DNA of 35,878 nucleotides from Candidatus Gottesmanbacteria bacterium. Lineage in GTDB: Bacteria; Patescibacteriota; Microgenomatia; UBA10105; UBA927. The position numbers were made by a program, and so were the translations under genes. The stretch covers positions 11,932 through 47,809 of the forward strand of contig JAPLWC010000001.1 of the NCBI GenBank assembly GCA_026396845.1, given 5' to 3'. The notes beneath the pieces were generated by a model. The model was not told where the DNA came from, searched no databases, and saw nothing but the letters and a program-made list of their open reading frames with translations. How positions within the stretch are numbered: the stretch's first letter is position 1; each line of letters opens with the position of its first letter. This document shows, piece by piece, positions 9,237-15,232 of the stretch.

Positions 9237-9798
9237 TAAAAAGAGGTTCCCGTTTATAGCTGTTCGTTCTTCGGCTACGGCCGAGGATCTGGCCGGTGCT
9301 TCTTTTGCCGGCCAGTTTGAAAGCTACCTGAATATTCCCCGAGCCAGACTTTTTGATTATATCAAAACCTGTTGGGCCTCTCTTTATGAGGAGAGAGTGC
9401 TTCCTTATACCTTATATCATAAGGTTCCCATGCACAGGATTAAAATGGCGGTTCTGGTTCAAGAAATGATTAAGGCGGAAAAAGGCGGGGTTATCTTCAC
9501 CAAGGACGTTTTAAGGGATAATGAAAGGGTGATGGTTATTGAAGCGGTCAATGGTTTGGGAGAAAAGGTTGTTTCCGGAACAAGCGAACCGGACCGTTAT
9601 CTGGTCGAAAAACAAGATTTAAAAACTATTGGCCAAAAACTTAAAGGCAAAAAAGCGGTTCTTTCCCAAGAAGAGATTTTTTCCTTAACTTCTTTAGGCC
9701 TTCTGGTTGAGAACTATTATCATTCTTTTCAAGATATCGAATGGGTGATTAAAAACGGTAAAGTTTTCCTTCTCCAAGCTAGACCCATTACGACCTAG
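9118..9798 (+). CDS. Canonical PEP/pyruvate-binding domain (PPDK_N) protein lacking the first ~90 residues of the domain; possible downstream half of a frameshifted gene
   Basis: FIAVRSSATAEDLAGASFAGQFESYLNI, MAVLVQEMI, GGVIFT, VIEAVNGLGEKVVSG and DIEWVIKNGKVFLLQARPIT are textbook PPDK_N motifs. This frame is open from 9061. It overlaps 8115..9236 by 119 nt. An alternative ATG lies at 9196. Confidence 0.65.
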   Translation: MQPPSSAKPVLAEICQELRRKIKKGIMPSLLEKEIEKEIDKKRFPFIAVRSSATAEDLAGASFAGQFESYLNIPRARLFDYIKTCWASLYEERVLPYTLYHKVPMHRIKMAVLVQEMIKAEKGGVIFTKDVLRDNERVMVIEAVNGLGEKVVSGTSEPDRYLVEKQDLKTIGQKLKGKKAVLSQEEIFSLTSLGLLVENYYHSFQDIEWVIKNGKVFLLQARPITT

Positions 9799-9833
9799 GC
9801 CATTCTGTGGCACCAGGATTCACGAGTGAAACG

Positions 9834-9842
9834 TGGTAAAAT
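9834..9842 (+). promoter_or_regulatory. Extended -10 element (TGGTAAAAT) 6 nt upstream of the recF ATG
   Basis: TGGTAAAAT at 9834-9842, then GGCCCC, then ATG at 9849. This geometry fits a leaderless transcript. Confidence 0.45.
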
Positions 9843-9848
9843 GGCCCC

Positions 9849-10892
9849 ATGATCCTTACTGACTTGACACTTGCCAACTTTCGCAGCTACACGAAGCGCA
9901 CGTTTGCCTTTGACAAGGCGACCACGCTTATCGTGGGCCCGAATACCGCAGGCAAAACGAACATTCTTGAGGCCATTATGCTCAGTGCCACAGGGAAAAG
10001 TTTTAGGGCGGATGTCGACGCGGAGATGGTGCGGTGGGGTGCCGAGGTCGGAAGAGCGAAGGCAACAACAGGGGAGACAAAGCTTGAGGTGGTTGTGACC
10101 ACAGGGTCAGTCGCCGGCCGGAAAACTCAGTCAAAAAAGTTTTTTGTCAACGGTGTAGCGCGACGGCAGGTAGATTTTATCGGGAATCTGAGGGCCGTTT
10201 TGTTTTGGCCGGAACATCTGGAGCTGATTACCGACAGCCCGTCTCTCCGGCGGAAATACTTAGACGGGGTACTCGTGCAGGTTGATCGGGAATATCGGAG
10301 AACTTTACTGTCCTATGAGCGGGGACTGCGGCAGCGAAACCGGCTTCTGGATTTGATCAACGAAGGGAAAGCACATCATCATCAACTTCAATTTTGGGAT
10401 CAATTGCTTATCAAAGCCGGAGGATATTTGACGGATAAACGGGCAGCATTCATTGATTTTATAAACACGTATCATATGCCCGGTGTTACGTATCGTGTGG
10501 AATACGATAAGAGTGTGATCTCAGAGTCACGGTTAAAACAGTATGTAGACGAAGAGGTCGCGGCTAAATCGACGTTAGTTGGGCCTCACCGCGATGATTT
10601 TCTCGTTACGAAGAAGGATCTTGATGTAAGTAAATACGGGAGCCGCGGAGAGCAGAGACTTGCGATATTATGGCTGAAACTGGCGGAATTGGCATTTATT
10701 GAGCGTGAAACACGAGAACGACCGCTTTTGATTCTTGATGATATTTTTTCCGAGCTCGACATTGAACACCGGACGCTTGTTCTTGACCTTCTCGGTAAAC
10801 AGCAGACGATCGTAAGTTCTGCGGAGGAAGAAGTCGTTGAGCTTTTGGCAACGCACAAGATTTCGGCTAAAATTATCCGGTTGAGCGTGTAA
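9849..10892 (+). CDS. recF: DNA replication and repair protein RecF
   Basis: The N-terminus LTLANFRSY...LIVGPNTAGKTNILEAI (Walker A), the signature SRGEQRLAILWLKLAE, and Walker B LLILDDIFSELD. Confidence 0.9.
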   Translation: MILTDLTLANFRSYTKRTFAFDKATTLIVGPNTAGKTNILEAIMLSATGKSFRADVDAEMVRWGAEVGRAKATTGETKLEVVVTTGSVAGRKTQSKKFFVNGVARRQVDFIGNLRAVLFWPEHLELITDSPSLRRKYLDGVLVQVDREYRRTLLSYERGLRQRNRLLDLINEGKAHHHQLQFWDQLLIKAGGYLTDKRAAFIDFINTYHMPGVTYRVEYDKSVISESRLKQYVDEEVAAKSTLVGPHRDDFLVTKKDLDVSKYGSRGEQRLAILWLKLAELAFIERETRERPLLILDDIFSELDIEHRTLVLDLLGKQQTIVSSAEEEVVELLATHKISAKIIRLSV

Positions 10893-10903
10893 TTGTGTAC
10901 AAT

Positions 10904-11719
10904 ATGAGTATGGAATCCGTGACAATCGATGATGTTAAAAAAATACGTTTGCCGCAGCGTGGTTCGCACAAAGGCCAAAACGGCAGGCTTCTTGTCATCG
11001 GCGGATCACATTTGTTTCATGCCGCCAGCCTCTGGGCGCTCACCGTGGCCTCACGGATTGTAGACCTCGCCCATTATTCCTCGGTGCCGGAAAACAACGC
11101 GATCGTGCACGAAGAAAAAAAGGAATTCAGAAACGGCATTGTCGTGCCGCGGGGAGAGCTTGGCCCATACATCGAAGAAGACGATTGTATTCTTATCGGT
11201 CCCGGTATGACCAGAGACGCGGAAACGGAAACGATTACCAATACGCTACTCACTAAATATCCGGATAAACAATGGGTCATTGATGCGGGAAGCTTGCAGA
11301 TGATGGATTGTACGAAAATTCCGAAACACGCTATCCTGACGCCGCATCATGCGGAGTTTGCTCATGCATTCGGGAGTGTTGATGTTGCTGATGTTGCACA
11401 AAAATATCAGTGTATTGTGCTTTTGAAAGGGGAGAAAGATATTGCGTGTGGAATTGACAGCTCCGACGCTGCGGCCGGAGTGCAATGCAGGAGCATTGCA
11501 GGCGGAAACCCCGGGATGACCAAAGGCGGCACCGGTGACGTATTAGCCGGACTGATTGCGGCATTAGCCTGCAAAAACGATCCGTTCTTGGCAACGATTG
11601 CAGGAAGTTTTATCAACAAAAGAGCCGGAGACGAACTCTACAAAAAAGTCGGCCCGTACTTTAATGCCACGGATTTAGCGAATGAGATTCCAGTGGTAAT
11701 GAAGGAGCTTCTCTTCTAG
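10904..11719 (+). CDS. nnrD: ADP-dependent NAD(P)H-hydrate dehydratase (YjeF C-terminal/carbohydrate kinase family)
   Basis: RGSHKGQNGRLLVIGGS, IGPGM and TKGGTGDVLAGLIAAL. A GTG at 10895 is an alternative start. Confidence 0.8.
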   Translation: MSMESVTIDDVKKIRLPQRGSHKGQNGRLLVIGGSHLFHAASLWALTVASRIVDLAHYSSVPENNAIVHEEKKEFRNGIVVPRGELGPYIEEDDCILIGPGMTRDAETETITNTLLTKYPDKQWVIDAGSLQMMDCTKIPKHAILTPHHAEFAHAFGSVDVADVAQKYQCIVLLKGEKDIACGIDSSDAAAGVQCRSIAGGNPGMTKGGTGDVLAGLIAALACKNDPFLATIAGSFINKRAGDELYKKVGPYFNATDLANEIPVVMKELLF

Positions 11720-11967
11720 TTTTTATACACGCTCCCGCGATAGTCGATAGTCTCAATTTGAATAATTTGGTCGACAGGATCAAATGTATAGACAATGCGA
11801 AGCGGCCAGGCTTTCACACTTCGAAAACCCTTCAATTTACCTACCAGCATTTTTCCTTGAAATGGATCCGAGAGAAGGCTGTATATTTTCCTTTTTGCTT
11901 TAATTTTATCGGTACCACCAATCCGTTTGAGGCGTTTCACTGCCTCGTCTTTCAAGACGAGTTTCAT
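11716..11967 (-). CDS. RelE/ParE-family type II toxin
   Basis: 83 aa; GKLKGFRSVKAWPLRIVYTFDPVDQIIQIETIDYRGSVY is the typical RelE/ParE C-terminal pattern. It lies 9 nt downstream of a Phd/YefM gene. Confidence 0.7.
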   Translation of the reverse strand: MKLVLKDEAVKRLKRIGGTDKIKAKRKIYSLLSDPFQGKMLVGKLKGFRSVKAWPLRIVYTFDPVDQIIQIETIDYRGSVYKN

Positions 11968-11976
11968 ATAATAATA

Positions 11977-12246
11977 TTACCACCTCAGGATTTTTTTTGC
12001 TTCTGCCTCCGTGTATACCTTTTTCGATTTTTGGGCACGTTTAATACTCGCCATAAGAGGTTTGTTAGCCATAATTTCCAATGTTTCCTGCAATCCCTCA
12101 AATTCAGCTACAGACATCATAATAACCGGTTTTCCACTGCGGCGGACAATAGTGAACTGCCGCATGTTTACCCCGGCTTCCTCGACCATTTGATAAAAAT
12201 TGGCGCGGGCTTCGTTGGCAGGCATGGCGGACGGTAAGTGTTTCAT
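11977..12246 (-). CDS. Phd/YefM-family type II antitoxin
   Basis: MKHLPSAMPANEARANFYQMVEEA...GKPVIMMSVAEFEGLQETLEI is the classic YefM fold signature. ATG at 12246; the track's longer start was rejected. Confidence 0.75.
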   Translation of the reverse strand: MKHLPSAMPANEARANFYQMVEEAGVNMRQFTIVRRSGKPVIMMSVAEFEGLQETLEIMANKPLMASIKRAQKSKKVYTEAEAKKILRW

Positions 12247-12254
12247 ATGAGGGA

Positions 12255-12283
12255 ATAGTACCACTAGTGGTACATGTTGTCAA
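12255..12283 (-). promoter_or_regulatory. TA-operon promoter TTGACA-17-TACTAT with a perfect 16-nt palindrome (12258-12273) in the spacer; likely antitoxin operator
   Basis: The minus strand reads TTGACA ACATGTACCACTAGTGG TACTAT, then 8 nt, then ATG. GTACCACTAGTGGTAC is its own reverse complement. Confidence 0.55.
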
Positions 12284-12287
12284 CCAC

Positions 12288-13250
12288 CTAAAGTGCCCCA
12301 CCCTTGAAGTTCGGACAATTGGCCTTGTACCATGTCATCGCCTCAGCTGAACACTCCGGTTTTGCATCCGGCCCCGGCATGCAATCAACCCATCCTGTCG
12401 GCGGGCAGGTATACGATTTCGTTTCGAGAGGCAGACACGGAGCACACGCACCGATATTCGGCAGTGAGCACGCTTTTGGCAGCTGAGCGGTATAATCTTT
12501 TCCTTGTTCATACGCTACCCATCCGTTTTTCCCGATTTGTGACGCATCAATCATGGTTGGGCACGAACAACACTGTGTTACCTGGATCCCAAGCACCTGT
12601 TGCGATGATGTTGTATCCGTAAATTTAAACGTGGAGAGGATTTGGTCAAAGACTTGAGCAAGACTTGGATCATCGGTGCCCAATTGGAATAAGAATCGCT
12701 TTCCATTATGATCAGCTATAACTTGAATTACTTTTGGTGATTTAAGGATAATCGATTTTTCACCGTCAAGAGTTGAATTCAATTTTTCCGGTATTGGTTC
12801 GATATGACCGGGTTGAGTAAGCCTGATATTTGCATCTTGATCCAGACTATTTGAAATTACAAAGGTCGACAAAGCGAAATTAGCGACGAGGCCTTCAACC
12901 ATAGGAGCTTGTGGAGACGGATTATCTACAGGATAGGATATCCATGATTCATAACCACTTCCGCCAATATCACTCTTTTCTTCGTGAGGGTACCACTTTG
13001 GCGGTAAAGCAAGAGAGAAACCCATTTTGGGGAATATGTGGCGTTCCCATTGTGCGGTTGGGTCGCCCGCCTCCGCTGACGGCGTGGGCGAGACAAGGGG
13101 AGTTGGGGAAGCGCCGAAATACGGCATCGTTTTGTAGATCACCAGGCCAACGAGAATACCGATCAAAAATAAAAGAATTCCAATGAACACACCCGATTGT
13201 TTCTTTGGCTGGGGAGGGGTTTGCGGTGTAGGTTGAGTTATTTCCTCCAT
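12288..13250 (-). CDS. Membrane-anchored extracytoplasmic protein, paralog 1: one W..Y...ILSTFKF module plus a Cys-rich C-terminal domain
   Basis: A Pro-rich N-terminus is followed by a TM helix (GVFIGILLFLIGILVGLVI). The module runs from QWERHIFPKMGFSLALPPKW to DQILSTFKFTD. The last 95 aa contain 10 Cys. Confidence 0.7.
   Translation of the reverse strand: MEEITQPTPQTPPQPKKQSGVFIGILLFLIGILVGLVIYKTMPYFGASPTPLVSPTPSAEAGDPTAQWERHIFPKMGFSLALPPKWYPHEEKSDIGGSGYESWISYPVDNPSPQAPMVEGLVANFALSTFVISNSLDQDANIRLTQPGHIEPIPEKLNSTLDGEKSIILKSPKVIQVIADHNGKRFLFQLGTDDPSLAQVFDQILSTFKFTDTTSSQQVLGIQVTQCCSCPTMIDASQIGKNGWVAYEQGKDYTAQLPKACSLPNIGACAPCLPLETKSYTCPPTGWVDCMPGPDAKPECSAEAMTWYKANCPNFKGGAL
12631..12646 (-). 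repeat. Conserved 16-mer GTGGAGAGGATTTGGT, copy 1 (encodes QILSTF on the minus strand)
   Basis: Exact 16-mer shared with 13710-13725 and 15726-15741. Confidence 0.8.
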
Positions 13251-13252
13251 AA

Positions 13253-14317
13253 TTATTGAGTAAATTGAAGAGTACTAAGCATGGTGTTGCAGGTAGTTAC
13301 GTAATCTGGGGTCCAATTGTGGACACATTCGAAAACGTACACCTTACTATTATGCTCGAAATAGACATTGGTTTGATAGCGGTCTAGCGTTTGCTGGGTT
13401 TTAGTCGGTGGATCCATGCGATACGCAGGAATACTGCCGTCAACCATAAAATTTTTGGGTTGTGTTTGCGCGTTACCGGTATTATCCCAATTAGATTTAA
13501 TGTCCAATTGAATTGGAACAATCGTCGGGGATGATTTTTTCCAAAATCTGATGAGAGATGTGGAGTCTTGGGGATAATCAGTGACACTGGATTGCCAATC
13601 ATCCGGCGTATACACCGTTAAGCCGTATGTATTGAACGTATGCAGTATCCAGTTTGCGGGAACCGCAGGTGTCGGTGATACTGTCGGAGACTGTTCTATA
13701 AATGTAAACGTGGAGAGGATTTGGTTAATTATTGAGGCATCAGCAGGTGGGAACAAGGCCTCGATGCGGTAAAACGGAGTAAAGTCGGGAAACTTGATGA
13801 TTATTTCTGTCATTGGTACTCTCTGATTTGAAACGGTATAGGTTTCCTTAACGGCATTTTTACCTGATATTATCGTCTGTTCAGTTTTGAGTAATGCTCC
13901 GACACCTGATGATTCAAAAGTAACCCCTGTAATGATTTTTAGATAGCCGTTATCCATTGTGAAATTGACCGAATCAGATGTTTTACTTCCATAGTATGGA
14001 GCTTGCATAATTTTATTATGTTCTTCTTGAACACTCCAACCTTCAGGATACTGGAGTGAAAATCCATATTGAGTGTTTTGATAAATCTTCCAATCTGCCG
14101 TTGGATTGGGGGTAGGGGTTGGGGTAGGGAGGGGCGTGGGGGTTAGGGTAGCGGTCAGATACGGAATGCGGAGAGTGGAGAGAAAAGTTGTTTTACCAAG
14201 TGCCAGACCGACGATGATGCCGAGGATAAATACAAGAATACCAATGAAAATGCCTGAATTATTTTTTGGCGCATCAGGCTGTGGCGTTGAGACGGCCGGC
14301 GGCATGTCTTGTTCCAT
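13253..14317 (-). CDS. Membrane-anchored extracytoplasmic protein, paralog 2: two W..Y...ILSTF.F modules
   Basis: TM helix GIFIGILVFILGIIVGL, then a PT-rich linker (TPTPLPTPTPTPNPT). Module 1 runs from DWKIYQNTQYGFSLQYPEGW to INQILSTFTFIEQ. Module 2 runs from NWILHTFNTYGLTVYTPDDW to MLSTLQFTQ. Confidence 0.7.
   Translation of the reverse strand: MEQDMPPAVSTPQPDAPKNNSGIFIGILVFILGIIVGLALGKTTFLSTLRIPYLTATLTPTPLPTPTPTPNPTADWKIYQNTQYGFSLQYPEGWSVQEEHNKIMQAPYYGSKTSDSVNFTMDNGYLKIITGVTFESSGVGALLKTEQTIISGKNAVKETYTVSNQRVPMTEIIIKFPDFTPFYRIEALFPPADASIINQILSTFTFIEQSPTVSPTPAVPANWILHTFNTYGLTVYTPDDWQSSVTDYPQDSTSLIRFWKKSSPTIVPIQLDIKSNWDNTGNAQTQPKNFMVDGSIPAYRMDPPTKTQQTLDRYQTNVYFEHNSKVYVFECVHNWTPDYVTTCNTMLSTLQFTQ
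13710..13725 (-). repeat. Conserved 16-mer GTGGAGAGGATTTGGT, copy 2
   Basis: Exact copy, preceded by TAAAC as in copy 1. Confidence 0.8.
14108..14148 (+). other. G-quadruplex-type motif on the plus strand (template strand of the paralog 2 PT-linker)
   Basis: The sequence is GGGGGTAGGGGTTGGGGTAGGGAGGGGCGTGGGGGTTAGGG: seven G3-5 tracts with loops of 1-3 nt. Confidence 0.5.
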
Positions 14318-14346
14318 TGTTTTAAGTATACATGAGGGGTGTTCGA

Positions 14347-14355
14347 TGATACAAT
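14347..14355 (+). promoter_or_regulatory. Extended -10 element (TGATACAAT) 6 nt upstream of the 14362 ATG
   Basis: TGATACAAT, then ACAGGC, then ATG. There is no Shine-Dalgarno, which fits a leaderless transcript. Confidence 0.45.
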
Positions 14356-14361
14356 ACAGGC

Positions 14362-14619
14362 ATGCTTAATTGGTCGACCGATGAGGTTAGATTTAAGAAA
14401 GAAAGCCCGAAAGAATATAAGCTCTGGAGGCTCACCCAGCTTATTAATTACGGTTTGGATAAAGGGGAAAAACTAGATAGAGAAGAAGTCAAAAAATCCT
14501 GGCCAAAGATAGAGGATAGGCTTGATCCCTATAAAAAACGTGCTCTTGAGTACTTATTATGGGAAAAACAATACTCACTTCCAAGCAACTTGAGTTTTTG
14601 GAATTTGCCCAAGGGGTAG
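14362..14619 (+). CDS. Hypothetical 85-aa protein upstream of, and overlapping, the AbiEii-like gene; candidate non-canonical antitoxin
   Basis: MLNWSTDEVRFKKESPKEYKLWRLTQLINYGLDKGEKLDREEVKKSWPKIEDRLDPYKKRALEYLLW. No wHTH/AbiEi-like motif was recognised. The last 61 nt overlap the next gene in another frame. Confidence 0.5.
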   Translation: MLNWSTDEVRFKKESPKEYKLWRLTQLINYGLDKGEKLDREEVKKSWPKIEDRLDPYKKRALEYLLWEKQYSLPSNLSFWNLPKG

Positions 14620-15230
14620 ACCAAATAACGAAACGGTTTTATTTAACCGGCGGCACGGCGCTTTCCGAGTTTTATCTCCATCATCGATATTCGGAGGATA
14701 TAGACCTTTTCAATGAACACGAGGAAGTGAATTATTCTCTCACGAGCGCATTTTTAAAACAGATTTCTCCAAAACTCGGAATCACTGCGATAAAAAGAAG
14801 CCAATTTTTTGGCCTTGTGAGTTATACATTGATGTATGCGGACAAAAACGAACTTAAAGTCGATTTTAATTATTACCCTTTTCCGAGAATTGAGAAGGGA
14901 ACCAAATTCGGACGGTTGGAGGTAGACAGTCTTCTGGATATTGCGACAAATAAAATCCACACGCTATTCATGAAACCGCGCACCAGAGATTATATAGACT
15001 TATATTTTATCTTACGGGAGGGAAAATTTGATCTCACAAAGTTAATTCTACTGGCGAAAGCCAAGTTTGATTGGCATATAGACAGAATGAATCTGGCGAA
15101 CCAGTTTATACGGGTGAAAGACATAAGAAGAGAGGATTACCCCAAAGTTTTATTGCCTTTTGATTCAGTTGAAATGGAGGAGTTTTTTCTAAAACTGGCC
15201 AAAAGTCTTGAGAAAGAGATATTTAAATAA
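14559..15230 (+). CDS. Nucleotidyltransferase AbiEii/AbiGii-family toxin (DUF1814-like)
   Basis: KRFYLTGGTALSEFYLHHRYSEDIDLF is the family's N-terminal NTase signature. 223 aa. Confidence 0.7.
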   Translation: MGKTILTSKQLEFLEFAQGVDQITKRFYLTGGTALSEFYLHHRYSEDIDLFNEHEEVNYSLTSAFLKQISPKLGITAIKRSQFFGLVSYTLMYADKNELKVDFNYYPFPRIEKGTKFGRLEVDSLLDIATNKIHTLFMKPRTRDYIDLYFILREGKFDLTKLILLAKAKFDWHIDRMNLANQFIRVKDIRREDYPKVLLPFDSVEMEEFFLKLAKSLEKEIFK

Positions 15231-15232
15231 AG

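Noticed and set aside
14529-14540. The A-run (TATAAAAAACG) as a -1 programmed frameshift site that would fuse 14362..14619 to the AbiEii gene.
   Set aside because: The -1 frame has TAA at 14532-14534 (inside the A-run) and TGA at 14547-14549. That frame only opens at 14550, and no X-XXY-YYZ heptamer lies within 14550-14619.
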